DNA from: Candidatus Woesebacteria bacterium
GTDB taxonomy: Bacteria; Patescibacteriota; Microgenomatia; UBA8517
NCBI GenBank assembly: GCA_020060565.1
Contig: JAGVAE010000002.1
Location: forward strand, 243,270 to 307,269
Length of the DNA: 64,000 bases
Direction of reading: 5' to 3'
The position numbers and the translations under genes were made by a program. Of the stretch, positions 39,207 through 49,569 are shown piece by piece. Under the pieces are notes generated by a model, which did not search any database, had not been told where the DNA came from, and was given only the letters and a program-made list of their open reading frames with translations. How positions within the stretch are numbered: position 1 is the first letter of the stretch; each line of letters begins with the position of its first letter.

Positions 39207-39668
39207 ATGCAAGATTTAATTATCATGTATTTGGCATCTTTTCTTATCTATTTTCTTTTTTTAGGACTTGGTATTTTATGGTTTATTGATGGAAAGATTA
39301 AAAAAGCACAAGTAAAACATGCTCTTTTTGCGTGCGTGGTTGCTTGTATAGTAGCTGTGGCTATTAAGTATTTTTTTCCCACAATAAGACCCTTTGTGGT
39401 TAATGGTGGGGATGTTGGGGTAATTGTTCCACCCACAAATGGAGCATTTCCTTCAGAACACACTATTATAGCCTTTGCTTTGGCGGTAACTATTTTTCTG
39501 CATGACAGGCGAGTTGGTTGGTTATTTTTGATATCCGCTTTAATCATTGGGGTTGCAAGAATTATTGCAAACGTTCACTATCCAATAGATATTGTTGGGG
39601 GGGCTTTTTTAGGGACGATTATTGCTGTTATTGTAGAGAAAGTGCATTTTGGTAAGATCCACTCTTGA
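39207..39668 (+). CDS. PAP2 superfamily phosphatase (undecaprenyl-diphosphatase/PgpB-like)
   Basis: The PAP2 motifs PSEHT and SRX5HX3D-like (RIIANVHYPIDIVGG) are present. Confidence 0.6.
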   Translation: MQDLIIMYLASFLIYFLFLGLGILWFIDGKIKKAQVKHALFACVVACIVAVAIKYFFPTIRPFVVNGGDVGVIVPPTNGAFPSEHTIIAFALAVTIFLHDRRVGWLFLISALIIGVARIIANVHYPIDIVGGAFLGTIIAVIVEKVHFGKIHS

Positions 39669-39694
39669 CAACTAGCACTTAATCTTCTAGACTG
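39666..39694 (+). promoter_or_regulatory. sigma70-like promoter TTGACA-17-TAGACT upstream of lon
   Basis: TTGACA lies at 39666-39671 and TAGACT at 39689-39694. The ATG is at 39713. Confidence 0.45.
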
Positions 39695-39712
39695 CTAAAT
39701 ACTCAAAAATAA

Positions 39713-42145
39713 ATGAAACAACAAGATACAACAAGGCGTGTCCCAATAGTACCGATTAGGGGAAGTGTTGTTTTTCCTCATTCAGATACACTTCTTTCTT
39801 TTGGACGAGAAAAAAGTGTTTCTGCAGTCAATTCTGCTTTTCAGGAAGATAGGGTTGTTGCAATTTTTACACAAAAAGATCCAAGAACTGTTGACCCTGG
39901 AAAAGAAGATCTATTTGAGGTAGGCACAATCGCCACCATTACCCAAATGATGTCTACAGAAGGTGAAGTTCATGCTCTAATTCGTGGTCAGGCTAGGATT
40001 ACTTTAAAGGAAGTGATTGCTCAAGAACCATTTTTAATTGGAAAGGTCGAAGAAATCCCTGAAGAGATCGGAAATTTGGCAGAGATTAATGTCATGGCCA
40101 AAAAGCTTCAAGAATTGTTTAAAAAAGCGATTAATTTAGGGAAACAGGCAGAGATAATGACCGTTATGAAACTTGTTTCTGGCAATGTTGAATCAATTGA
40201 ATTAAGCGATCAAATAGCTTCAGTTTTGGAGATTAAACCCAACGAAAAACAAAAACTTCTTGAGGAACCCAATTTAAAAAAACGTTTGGAAAAAGTGATC
40301 GAACTCTTAGCCAAAGAAGTTAATGCTCTTGAAATTGAAAGAACGATATCTTCTAAAACCCAAAAAAGGTTTGAGGATCAAATGAAGAAAGCCATGCTTA
40401 GAGAAAAGAAAAGAACAATTGAAAGGGAGTTGGGAGAAATGGATGAGGATGAAGGTGAACTATCCAGCGAAGAAGTAAAAGAATATAAGCAAAAAATTAA
40501 AGTTGCAGCAATGCCCGATGAGGTGAGAGGGAAGGCAGAGAAGGAACTTAAAAGACTTTCTGAAATGTCTCCAAATAACCCCGAAGGAGGATATTTAAGA
40601 AACTATCTTGATTGGTTGACTGATATGCCTTGGAGTAAAGTAAGTCCAAACAGCGTTTCAATCAAAAAAGCTGCAAAAATTTTGGAAGCTGAACATTATG
40701 GAATAGATAAAGCCAAGGAAAGAATTTTGGAGTTTTTGGCTGTTATGAAGATTAAAAAGGATGACAAATCAAATAAAAAAGAGGACACACTCCATGAAGC
40801 CCATCCTACAATTCTTTGTTTTATAGGTCCTCCTGGAGTAGGAAAAACTTCAATAGGCCGTTCTATTGCAAAAGCTCTAAACCGCAAGTTTGTTAGAGTG
40901 TCCTTGGGGGGAATTAGAGATGAGGCAGAGATTAGGGGACACAGAAGGACTTATATAGGAGCTCTTCCTGGTAGGATCATTCAAGGAATAAAAGATGCTG
41001 GTACAAAAAACCCTGTGTTTATGCTTGATGAGATTGATAAAATTGGAGTGGATTTTAGAGGAGATCCTTCGAGTGCACTTCTTGAAGCGTTGGATCCCGA
41101 ACAGAACAAAGAGTTTTCTGATCACTATTTAGAGGTTCCATTTGACCTTTCCCAGGTAATGTTTATTTGTACAGGTAATGTGCTTGATACAATTCCAGCT
41201 CCCTTAAAAGACAGAATGGAAATAATTACATTTCCTGGGTATACGGAAACTGAGAAGTTTAATATTGCTAAGAAGTTTCTTTGGCCAAAAACTCTTGAGG
41301 CTAATGGGATCAAAGACAAGAAAGTTGACATTACAGAAACAGGACTTAAGGAAGTTGTTGGTAGCTACACACGTGAGGCGGGAGTACGCAGTCTTGAAAG
41401 AAATTTGGCTAGTATCTGCCGTAAGATAGCTAGATTTGTGGCAGAGGGTAAGAAGTATCCTGTAAAGATTGAAACTGCCGATGTCAGGAAATTTCTAGGC
41501 TCTCATAGGTTTAATTCTCAAATTGCAGGCAAGAAGGATGAAGTAGGTCAATCAACAGGTCTTTCAGTGACTCCATTTGGAGGAGAAATACTGTTTATTG
41601 AAGTTTCTCTAATGCCAGGCAAAGGAAAACTACTTCTAACGGGACAGCTGGGGGACGTTATGAAGGAAAGTGCTAAGGCAGCTTTTACTTGGACACGATC
41701 TCATTATCATGAATTAGGACTCAGGCGAGAATTTGCGGACAATATTGATGTTCATATTCATGTTCCAGAAGGTGCTGTTCCTAAAGATGGACCTTCAGCT
41801 GGAGTTGCCATTACTACAGCTTTAGTCTCAGCCCTAACGGGAATTCCAGTTAGGCGTGAAGTGGGTATGACAGGGGAAGTCACATTAAGAGGTCATGCTC
41901 TTGAGATTGGAGGACTTAAAGAGAAGTCCATTGCAGGACATAGGGCTGGGTTAAAAGTAATAATTGCTCCAAAAGATAACAAGAAAGATTTGGATGAGAT
42001 TCCAGCCGAGGTAAAGCGCGAGATTAAATTCGCATTTGTGGAAGAAGTGGAAGAAGCACTTAAAATTGCTTTGACTGTTTGGCCGATTAAGATAAGAAGT
42101 GTGGCCAAGTTCACTCCAATGTCTGACGCTTTAATGGCAAATTAA
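39713..42145 (+). CDS. lon: ATP-dependent protease Lon
   Basis: The 810 aa product has an N-terminal LON domain, an AAA+ Walker A (GPPGVGKTS) and a C-terminal Ser-Lys protease domain (DGPSAGVAI...K). Confidence 0.9.
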   Translation: MKQQDTTRRVPIVPIRGSVVFPHSDTLLSFGREKSVSAVNSAFQEDRVVAIFTQKDPRTVDPGKEDLFEVGTIATITQMMSTEGEVHALIRGQARITLKEVIAQEPFLIGKVEEIPEEIGNLAEINVMAKKLQELFKKAINLGKQAEIMTVMKLVSGNVESIELSDQIASVLEIKPNEKQKLLEEPNLKKRLEKVIELLAKEVNALEIERTISSKTQKRFEDQMKKAMLREKKRTIERELGEMDEDEGELSSEEVKEYKQKIKVAAMPDEVRGKAEKELKRLSEMSPNNPEGGYLRNYLDWLTDMPWSKVSPNSVSIKKAAKILEAEHYGIDKAKERILEFLAVMKIKKDDKSNKKEDTLHEAHPTILCFIGPPGVGKTSIGRSIAKALNRKFVRVSLGGIRDEAEIRGHRRTYIGALPGRIIQGIKDAGTKNPVFMLDEIDKIGVDFRGDPSSALLEALDPEQNKEFSDHYLEVPFDLSQVMFICTGNVLDTIPAPLKDRMEIITFPGYTETEKFNIAKKFLWPKTLEANGIKDKKVDITETGLKEVVGSYTREAGVRSLERNLASICRKIARFVAEGKKYPVKIETADVRKFLGSHRFNSQIAGKKDEVGQSTGLSVTPFGGEILFIEVSLMPGKGKLLLTGQLGDVMKESAKAAFTWTRSHYHELGLRREFADNIDVHIHVPEGAVPKDGPSAGVAITTALVSALTGIPVRREVGMTGEVTLRGHALEIGGLKEKSIAGHRAGLKVIIAPKDNKKDLDEIPAEVKREIKFAFVEEVEEALKIALTVWPIKIRSVAKFTPMSDALMAN

Positions 42146-42193
42146 ACAGTTTTAGTAGCACTTACGGTTAAGTTTGTTCTATCATAATCAAAA

Positions 42194-42269
42194 TGGTGAC
42201 CCCATTGGGACTCGAACCCAAGTTACCAGAATGAGAATCTGGTGTCCTAGACCGCTAGACGATGGGGCC
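42194..42269 (-). tRNA. tRNA-Glu (anticodon CUC)
   Basis: A manual cloverleaf gives acceptor GGCCCCA/UGGGGUC, anticodon stem CCAGA/UCUGG, anticodon loop UUCUCAU, T-arm UUGGG-UUCGAGU-CCCAA and discriminator A. The 3' CCA is encoded. Confidence 0.8.
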
Positions 42270-42302
42270 ATGCAATGATGTATTTTATCATATTTTGATT
42301 TC

Positions 42303-42331
42303 TTGACATGGTTAAAATAAGGGTCTACAAT
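42303..42331 (+). promoter_or_regulatory. sigma70-like promoter TTGACA-17-TACAAT upstream of the greA leader
   Basis: TTGACA lies at 42303-42308 and TACAAT at 42326-42331. Confidence 0.45.
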
Positions 42332-42440
42332 CCACATCATTGCCTAAGAATATGTTGAAAAATTTATATTTATTAACCGCTAAAGCCCTTTTTATTAAGG
42401 GTCATTAGTGGTGTTGATAAATAGGTAAAAAAATCTAACA

Positions 42441-42470
42441 CCCTCCACAAAAAAGGAGGGCTTTTAAGTT
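42441..42470 (+). terminator. intrinsic-terminator-like hairpin (CCCTCC-loop-GGAGGG plus U-tract) in the greA 5' leader
   Basis: CCCTCC (42441-42446) pairs with GGAGGG (42455-42460) and is followed by CUUUUAAGUUUU. It lies 13 nt before the greA ATG. Confidence 0.4.
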
Positions 42471-42482
42471 TTAGGAGACAAA

Positions 42483-42944
42483 ATGAACGCAAAAGTAAAT
42501 TTAACCAAAGAAGGTTTAGAGACTCTGAAAAAAGAGCTGGCGGTGCTATTGGAAGTTAAACGTCCAAAGCTAGTTGATCGTTTGAGTAATGCTAGATCTC
42601 AGGGGGATTTGAGCGAGAATAGTGATTATCAAAGTGCCAAGGAAGAATTGGAGTTTTTGGATGGACGAATTGATGAACTAACTGAAGTAGTTAAGACTGC
42701 GGTTGTTGTCAGTGTTTCAAACAATGGTAATGGAATTGGAGTTGGGACAAAAGTGACTGTAAAAGTAAATGGTAAAGAAACCGTATTTGATATGGTTGGT
42801 GAATGGGAAGCAGACCCTGTTAATAAAAAGATCTCTGACAGCTCTCCCTTAGGGCTTGCTCTGATTGGAAAAAAAGCAGGTGACAAAGTCGAAGTTGAGG
42901 CTCCTGCGGGGAAAGTACTGTATGAGATTCTTGCGATTGAGTAG
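42483..42944 (+). CDS. greA: transcription elongation factor GreA
   Basis: The 153 aa product has an N-terminal coiled-coil with acidic tip residues and a C-terminal FKBP-like domain. Confidence 0.85.
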   Translation: MNAKVNLTKEGLETLKKELAVLLEVKRPKLVDRLSNARSQGDLSENSDYQSAKEELEFLDGRIDELTEVVKTAVVVSVSNNGNGIGVGTKVTVKVNGKETVFDMVGEWEADPVNKKISDSSPLGLALIGKKAGDKVEVEAPAGKVLYEILAIE

Positions 42945-42967
42945 CCGTGCCTTTATACTAAAGGGCA

Positions 42968-44440
42968 ATGGCAAAGGCAATTGAAACATTAAAAGAAGTT
43001 AGACTTCAAAAACTTGAGTCACTTAAAAAACTGGGAATTGATCCCTATCCTTCCAAAATTAATCTTCCTGGTAAAGTTCTAAAAGTTCAGGTAGTCAGGG
43101 ACTCAATGGGTAAGGAAGTGTTGACTGCAGGTAGAATATGGTCAATACGTGAACATGGGGCAGTTGCCTTTATGGATCTCAAGGACGATACGGGTACGAT
43201 CCAGATTTTATTCCAAAAGAAGGTATTGGGAGATAACTTTAAAACTCTTAACCTTTTTGATATGGGCGACTTTTTAGCTGTAACGGGAGCTGTGATTAAG
43301 ACTCAGGCAGGAGAAATTACAGTTGATGCTACAGATTTTCAGCTACTAACCAAGTCAATAAGACCCCTTCCTTCAACATGGTATGGACTAAAAGACGAGG
43401 AAGAAAGATACCGTCAGCGTTATGTAGATCTTCTATTAAATGATGAACTACGCGATTTGTTTAAAAAGAAGGCTATCTTTTGGCAGAGTATGCGTGATTT
43501 TTTGATTGATAAAGGGTTTTTGGAGGTGGAAACTCCTGTTTTGGAAAATACTGCGGGTGGGGCTGATGCCAATCCATTTATTACTCACCATAATGCACTG
43601 GACATTGATCTATATCTTAGGATCTCAATGGGAGAACTATGGCAAAAACGATTAATGGTGGCAGGGTTTGGCAAAACATTTGAGATAGGCAGACAGTTTA
43701 GGAATGAAGGGGTTGACCGTGAACACCTTCAAGATTATACCCAGATGGAGTTTTATTTGGGATATGCAAATTATGAGGATTCAATGAAACTTGTAGAGGA
43801 AATGTATAAATATGTTGCTAAAAAAACATTTGGAACTCTTAAATTCCAAATTGGGGAATATAAAGTTGATTTGGATGATGATTGGAAGAAAATTGACTAC
43901 AAAGACACAATCTTGAAAGAAACGGGAGTTGATATTTCAAAGATTACGGAGTCAGAACTTAAAAAAGAGCTAGATAAAAGAAAGATTGAATATGGCAAAA
44001 AAGATGAAATGGGAAGACTTATTGACTCACTTTGGAAGAGTATTAGGAGGAAGATTGTAGGACCAGTTTTTCTTACGGGTCATCCCGTTTCCGTTTCTCC
44101 TCTAGCAAAAAGAATGGAAAAGAATTCTGAATATGTTGAAAGATATCAGGTAATCATTGCGGGGAGTGAAAACGGAAATGGCTACTCGGAGCTTAATGAT
44201 CCAATTGATCAAGCGGAGCGTTTTGGACAGCAGGAAAAGATGCGTGAGAAGGGAGATCTTGACGCTCAAATGGAAGATAATGATTTTGTGAGAGCATTGG
44301 AATATGGAATGCCTCCCACATCTGGTTTTGGGGTTTCCGAGCGACTTTTCTCGTTTTTTGCGGGTAAATCAATTAGAGAGACTGTTTTGTTCCCGTTATT
44401 AAGGCCTGAAAATAAAGGAAAAGGGGTGAGTAGTGAATGA
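42968..44440 (+). CDS. lysS: lysine--tRNA ligase (class II)
   Basis: An OB-fold anticodon-binding N-domain is followed by class II motifs (FRNEGVDREH, GGLGIG-like GFGVSERL). Confidence 0.85.
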   Translation: MAKAIETLKEVRLQKLESLKKLGIDPYPSKINLPGKVLKVQVVRDSMGKEVLTAGRIWSIREHGAVAFMDLKDDTGTIQILFQKKVLGDNFKTLNLFDMGDFLAVTGAVIKTQAGEITVDATDFQLLTKSIRPLPSTWYGLKDEEERYRQRYVDLLLNDELRDLFKKKAIFWQSMRDFLIDKGFLEVETPVLENTAGGADANPFITHHNALDIDLYLRISMGELWQKRLMVAGFGKTFEIGRQFRNEGVDREHLQDYTQMEFYLGYANYEDSMKLVEEMYKYVAKKTFGTLKFQIGEYKVDLDDDWKKIDYKDTILKETGVDISKITESELKKELDKRKIEYGKKDEMGRLIDSLWKSIRRKIVGPVFLTGHPVSVSPLAKRMEKNSEYVERYQVIIAGSENGNGYSELNDPIDQAERFGQQEKMREKGDLDAQMEDNDFVRALEYGMPPTSGFGVSERLFSFFAGKSIRETVLFPLLRPENKGKGVSSE

Positions 44441-44688
44441 AAGGTGATGAAAAAATGTATAAATCAATGAAAATGCAACAAATCTATGTCTTAGAATCTA
44501 TGGCGGTTTCTTTAATGGCCATGGTTTTAATTTTTGGACTTGGATTTATCTTCCCAACAATCAATCCTTATATTGTTATTAAATGGATTGTTTATGTAAC
44601 TGCAGTTTATTTTGTTTGGGCAGTTGTTGGTAATTGGGTAAGAAGATTTCTTATTTGGAGAGCAATGAGAAAGGGAAGTAAAAAATGA
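44437..44688 (+). CDS. hypothetical small membrane protein
   Basis: The 83 aa product has two TM helices and ATGA overlaps on both sides. Confidence 0.4.
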   Translation: MKGDEKMYKSMKMQQIYVLESMAVSLMAMVLIFGLGFIFPTINPYIVIKWIVYVTAVYFVWAVVGNWVRRFLIWRAMRKGSKK

Positions 44689-45242
44689 TTTCCAGGGAAG
44701 ACGCACTTACTCTCCTGCATTCCAAGATGCAATCTGTTAATTTACGAAAGCATTGTTATGCTGTTGAGGCAGTGATGAGATCTTTGGCACTTTACTTTAA
44801 GGAGGATGAAAATCTTTGGAGTATAGCTGGCCTTATTCATGATATTGATTATGAAATGTTCCCAGAAACACACCCCATTGAAGGAATAAAGATTCTTAAA
44901 GAAGAAAAGTTTCCTGTAGAAATTATTGATGCTGTAGCTGCCCATGCATGGGGATATTATGAAGGACTACCTAAGCCAAAAAATAAGATGGAATGGTCTT
45001 TATACTCATGTGATGAGTTAACGGGGTTAATTGTGGCTTGTGCACTGGTACGCCCTGACAAAAAACTTAAATCGGTTGATGTGGCATCTATTCAAAAGAA
45101 GTGGGGTCAAAAATCTTTTGCGGCAGGGGTAAATAGATCCCAGATTGAAAACTGTGAGAAAGAGTTGGGAATTCCCCTGCCTGAGTTTATTGAAATATCT
45201 TTAAAAGCAATGCAAGGAATTAGTAAGGAACTGGGATTATGA
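44685..45242 (+). CDS. HD-domain phosphohydrolase
   Basis: The HD motif is LIHDIDY, with further His residues (ETHPIEG, AAHAW). Confidence 0.55.
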   Translation: MISREDALTLLHSKMQSVNLRKHCYAVEAVMRSLALYFKEDENLWSIAGLIHDIDYEMFPETHPIEGIKILKEEKFPVEIIDAVAAHAWGYYEGLPKPKNKMEWSLYSCDELTGLIVACALVRPDKKLKSVDVASIQKKWGQKSFAAGVNRSQIENCEKELGIPLPEFIEISLKAMQGISKELGL

Positions 45243-45877
45243 ATACAAATAATAAAGATTACACTGAGTTTGAAGCTAAATTTTATCCTGTAGATAAAGA
45301 AGAATACCGCAAGAAATTGACGTCCATTGGTGCAAAATTAGTAATTCCCGAAAGAAAAATGATTAGAGTGGTTGCTACAAGTAGTGCCAATCCCTCTTTA
45401 TTAAAACACAATGCAATCAGGGTGCGTAATGAAGGTAATTTAATAAGATTAAGCCTAAAAGTATCTGCTGATAAAGACGGTAAAGTGTCTGATCAGAAAG
45501 AAATAGATGTTGAGGTTAGTGATTTTGAAAAAACCAAGGAAATATTTGAAGCAATAGGAGTAGTTTTTAATAGAAGGCAGGAAACTTTAAGGGAGGAATG
45601 GGACTATAAAGGTGCTCAAATTACAATTGATACCTGGCCAGGACTTGATATTTATTCTGAAATTGAGGCAAATTCAGAGGAGAAGGTAAAAGAAATTGCA
45701 CGGGATCTGGGTTTTGATTGGAATAAGAAAATAATTACACCCGCCCCTGAGATCTACGCAAAAGTTTATGGAATGAACATCGAAGAAGTTCTTATCAAGG
45801 TTTCAAATATTACTTTTGAAAACAATTCATTTGAAGGTATGTCTAAGATTTGGTCCCCAAAAACACAATCTGAATGA
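45239..45877 (+). CDS. CYTH-domain protein (class IV adenylate cyclase/triphosphatase-like)
   Basis: The N-terminal ExExK motif is EFEAKF, typical of CYTH. Confidence 0.5.
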   Translation: MNTNNKDYTEFEAKFYPVDKEEYRKKLTSIGAKLVIPERKMIRVVATSSANPSLLKHNAIRVRNEGNLIRLSLKVSADKDGKVSDQKEIDVEVSDFEKTKEIFEAIGVVFNRRQETLREEWDYKGAQITIDTWPGLDIYSEIEANSEEKVKEIARDLGFDWNKKIITPAPEIYAKVYGMNIEEVLIKVSNITFENNSFEGMSKIWSPKTQSE

Positions 45878-45904
45878 GCAGAAAATTGGTGATATACTCG
45901 GATT

Positions 45905-46294
45905 ATGAAAAGTGTTGTTATTTGTGGCAGTGGTAGATTTAAATCGGAAGCGAGAAAATTTGCAGCCCAATTAAAAAAACTTGGAGTGGTTGTTTTTGAA
46001 CCTTATTTCCATCGGGGTGGGGACGAGTGGAATAAACTACCTCAGCAGTACAAAGATTTTATTGCTTTAGGCCTAACTCACGATCATTTCTATAAGATTA
46101 AGATGGCAGATGTTGTATTTATATACAATAAAGGAGGATATGTGGGAAATAGTACCACTTTAGAGTTGGGATATTCTATGGCTTTAGGTAAACCAATTTA
46201 TGCATTTTCAGATAAAGACGAGGAACTTTGTAGAAGAGTTTTAGTTCGGGAAGTAATAACTGCTCCAAAAGAGTTGATAAAAAGGTTAAAATAA
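45905..46294 (+). CDS. nucleoside 2-deoxyribosyltransferase-like protein
   Basis: VVICGSGRF and GNSTTLELGYSMALGKPIYAF resemble the NDT family, which has a catalytic Glu in a TxxELGY context. Confidence 0.4.
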   Translation: MKSVVICGSGRFKSEARKFAAQLKKLGVVVFEPYFHRGGDEWNKLPQQYKDFIALGLTHDHFYKIKMADVVFIYNKGGYVGNSTTLELGYSMALGKPIYAFSDKDEELCRRVLVREVITAPKELIKRLK

Positions 46295-46298
46295 AGAT

Positions 46299-47543
46299 AT
46301 GCTTGATATTAAATTTGTTAGAGAAAATGTAGAACTTGTAAAAAAGGGTGTGACTGCAAAGGGGTATGACGCAGGTGTGGTTGATGAAGTACTAAAGCTT
46401 GATCTTAAAAAGAGAGGGCTTATCAAAGAAATTGAAGAAATACGTGCGCAAAGAAATATAGCTGCAAGCCAAAAAGATATTGAGAAGGGTAAAGAAATAA
46501 AACAAAAACTTCAAAAACTTGAGCCAGACTTGGAAAATGTTGAAAAAGAATTCCTTGAGGTTTTTGGCAAGATTCCAAATCTTCCATCGGATAAAGCTCC
46601 TGTGGGAAAAGGTGAGAAAGAAAATGTAGAGGTTAAGAAATGGGGAGAGCCTACTAAGTTTGATTTTGAACCCCTAGATCATTTAGAACTTGGGAAAAGA
46701 TTGGGGATATTGGATTTTGAAACTGGAGCTAAAGTTGCAGGGTCTCAGTTTTATTTTCTTTATGGTGATGGAGCAAGACTTGAACTTGCGCTTAGTATGT
46801 ATGTTTTTGACAAACTTTCCAAAGAAGGTTTCCTTCCTGTAATTACACCTGACTTGGCAAAGAGCAGATATTATTTGGGGACTGGGTATATGCCAAAGGG
46901 AGATGAAGCCCAAACCTATACTATTGAGGATGAAGATTTGGGACTTATTGCAACAGCTGAAGTAACTCTTGCAGGGAGCCATGCAGATGAGGTTATTCCA
47001 GAAGACGTACTTCCACTTAAGTATGTTGGCTGCTCACATTGTTTCAGAAAAGAAGCTGGAGCATATGGAAAATATTCAAAAGGCTTATATAGGGTTCATC
47101 AATTTAGTAAAACTGAAATGTTTATATACTGTAAGCCTGAAGATTCCGACAAACTTCATGAATCAATTCTTAAAATGGAAGAAAGTATCTATCAAGAGCT
47201 TGGGCTTCCTTACAGGGTACTTGAAATGTGTACTGGAGATCTTGGTGCTATGGCTGCAAGAAAGTTTGATATTGAAGCATGGATGCCAGGAAGAAATGAT
47301 TATGGTGAAATTACATCAACTTCTAACTGTACGGATTATCAGGCCAGGAACCTAAACATTAAATACAAAAAGAAGAATGGGGAAACTGAATACGTACATA
47401 TGCTTAATGGAACCGCAGTTGTAATGTCCAGAGTTCCTGTGGCAATTCTTGAAAATTTCCAAACTAAAGATGGATCAGTCGTTATCCCCAAAGTTCTTCA
47501 AAAGTGGATGGGGAAGGAAAAAATCGAAAGTAAAAATGGTTGA
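46299..47543 (+). CDS. serS: serine--tRNA ligase
   Basis: An N-terminal coiled-coil arm is followed by a class II core (FRKEAGAYG, GTAVVMSRV). Confidence 0.85.
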   Translation: MLDIKFVRENVELVKKGVTAKGYDAGVVDEVLKLDLKKRGLIKEIEEIRAQRNIAASQKDIEKGKEIKQKLQKLEPDLENVEKEFLEVFGKIPNLPSDKAPVGKGEKENVEVKKWGEPTKFDFEPLDHLELGKRLGILDFETGAKVAGSQFYFLYGDGARLELALSMYVFDKLSKEGFLPVITPDLAKSRYYLGTGYMPKGDEAQTYTIEDEDLGLIATAEVTLAGSHADEVIPEDVLPLKYVGCSHCFRKEAGAYGKYSKGLYRVHQFSKTEMFIYCKPEDSDKLHESILKMEESIYQELGLPYRVLEMCTGDLGAMAARKFDIEAWMPGRNDYGEITSTSNCTDYQARNLNIKYKKKNGETEYVHMLNGTAVVMSRVPVAILENFQTKDGSVVIPKVLQKWMGKEKIESKNG

Positions 47544-48030
47544 AGATAATTTGTTACACGAAGTTGCTATCACCGCCATTATTGTTAACCGCAGGAAATA
47601 CCTCATTACTAAAAGATCGTTAACTAAAAAGAGGTTTCCTGGGAAGTGGACTGTTCCTGGGGGTAAGTTGGAGACAAAAGATTATATAAATCTTCCGAAA
47701 GACACAGAGAATTATTGGTATAACGTACTCGAGAAAGTTTTGCGCAGGGAGGTAAAAGAGGAAGTTGGTGTTGAAATTAAAAATATTGAATATGTAACAA
47801 GTTTGGCCACCATTCATACTGATGGAAATCCTTCTTTGGTGATTTCCTGTATAGCCGACTATGTTTCAGGGCAAGTTAAACTGCAAAAAGAAGAAACGGA
47901 TGATTTTGCTTGGGTAAATCTCAAAGAAGCTAAGAAATATGATTTGATAGATGGAATTTACGATGAACTTGTAATGGCTGACAAAAAGAGAAAAGGGAGG
48001 AAGGTTGAGTGGAAAAGATCCAAAAAATAA
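47536..48030 (+). CDS. NUDIX hydrolase
   Basis: The Nudix box is GGKLE...REVKEEVGVEI. The ATG at 47536 overlaps the serS stop, and the ORF extends upstream to 47449 in a different frame. Confidence 0.65.
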   Translation: MVEDNLLHEVAITAIIVNRRKYLITKRSLTKKRFPGKWTVPGGKLETKDYINLPKDTENYWYNVLEKVLRREVKEEVGVEIKNIEYVTSLATIHTDGNPSLVISCIADYVSGQVKLQKEETDDFAWVNLKEAKKYDLIDGIYDELVMADKKRKGRKVEWKRSKK

Positions 48031-48102
48031 AATCTTCCAATAAAATACTTACATCTCGAAACAATTGACATTCTATCAACAAAGAGATATCCTCGCATCA
48101 AC

Positions 48103-48342
48103 ATGGCTGAACGTCCTACAGCAGATGAACTTATAAATAGAGGTCTTTCAAGTCCAAGAGGGGTAGATCCTTACAAATTGGATTTAGCTATCCGTAGACT
48201 TATGGATCAGGGCCAGTTTATTAGGAATTTTGGTTTTGAGGGTGTAACACAAAAAATTATAGAAATGACAAAAAGTGGTCTTGTTATAATGAATGACTTA
48301 GGAAAATATAAATGGGCTGGACCTGGAGCAAATAAATATTGA
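48103..48342 (+). CDS. hypothetical small protein (79 aa)
   Basis: This is a compact ORF between Nudix and rarA with no recognised motif. Confidence 0.35.
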   Translation: MAERPTADELINRGLSSPRGVDPYKLDLAIRRLMDQGQFIRNFGFEGVTQKIIEMTKSGLVIMNDLGKYKWAGPGANKY

Positions 48343-48343
48343 A

Positions 48344-49504
48344 CTAATCTTTCTTTGAATAATACTTTTTTCCATTAAGTTTTTCAGGAAGCAGGGAGTC
48401 TTTTGTGTATTTATCATATCCCTCTCCGTAGCCAACCTCTTTCATCAGTTTTGTTACGGGGTTTCGGATTTTTAGTGGAACTGGGAGATTTCCATATTTA
48501 TTTACATCTGCGAGGGCTTCCATATACGCATTGTATGCAGATCTATCTTTTTTAGCGGTTGAGAGGTAAACCACTCCTGCTGCTAAATTCTCCTGACATT
48601 CTGGGTAACCTATTGTGTTGCAAGCTTGAAATACCGCATTGGCAACAACTAGTGCAGTTGGTGTCGCAACATCTTCTGATGCGAATACAACCATACGTCG
48701 TGCTATATAAAGAGGGTCTTGTCCTGCAGCTACCATTCTTGCTAGATAATAAAGAGCAGCGTCTGTGTCGCTTGCGCGCATGGATTTAATGAATGCTGAG
48801 ATTATGTTAAAAAAATCTTCTCCGCGTTTATCAAAAGTGTATTGACGTTTTTGAAGTGCTGTCTCAAGATCTGGAACTTTAATAGTTGGGGAGGCTGTTA
48901 GACTTGCTGCGATCTCCAGCACGTTTAACATTACTCGGGCATCGCCATTTGAAGCCTCCAGTAAGAACTTTTCTGCTTCTTTATTTAATTTCTTTTTAAG
49001 GTGTTTTAGGGCACGGCCTAGAATTTTTAATAATTCTTTTTCTGAAAGCTGTTTAAGAATTAAAACTCTACACCTTGAAAGAAGGGGACCAATCACCTCA
49101 AAGGATGGGTTTTCAGTTGTGGCTCCAATTAAGAGGATGTCACCATGTTCAACATGGGGTAGGAGTTTATCTTGTTGGGCCTTGTTGAATCTGTGAATCT
49201 CATCCAAAAAAATTATAGGGGATTTTTTAGATTCGATTATTGCCTTTTGAATCTCTGTGATTTTGGCATTGACTGCAGAAAATTCATAAAACTCACGCTT
49301 TAAGTTGTTTGCGATTATTCTTGCTAGTGTGGTTTTACCTGTTCCTGGAGGACCCCAAAAAACAAGTGAAGGAAAGAAATTTTCTTCTTTAGTGTTATCA
49401 AGAAGTTTTTTGATAATGCCGTTTTTACCCACCAGATTTTCCTGTCCCACAAAATCTTTTAAGGATTTAGGCCTAAGAAGTTCAGGAAGGGGAATGTTTG
49501 TCAT
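48344..49504 (-). CDS. rarA: replication-associated recombination protein A (RarA/MgsA AAA+ ATPase)
   Basis: The Walker A ([11 protein letters not shown]), Walker B ([12 protein letters not shown]) and C-terminal MgsA helical domain are present. Confidence 0.85.
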   Translation of the reverse strand: MTNIPLPELLRPKSLKDFVGQENLVGKNGIIKKLLDNTKEENFFPSLVFWGPPGTGKTTLARIIANNLKREFYEFSAVNAKITEIQKAIIESKKSPIIFLDEIHRFNKAQQDKLLPHVEHGDILLIGATTENPSFEVIGPLLSRCRVLILKQLSEKELLKILGRALKHLKKKLNKEAEKFLLEASNGDARVMLNVLEIAASLTASPTIKVPDLETALQKRQYTFDKRGEDFFNIISAFIKSMRASDTDAALYYLARMVAAGQDPLYIARRMVVFASEDVATPTALVVANAVFQACNTIGYPECQENLAAGVVYLSTAKKDRSAYNAYMEALADVNKYGNLPVPLKIRNPVTKLMKEVGYGEGYDKYTKDSLLPEKLNGKKYYSKKD

Positions 49505-49569
49505 GAGATCTAATTACTATTATTGCTCATTGTATATCCAAACAAAAACCGAAGTAAAGGATTAGTTTT

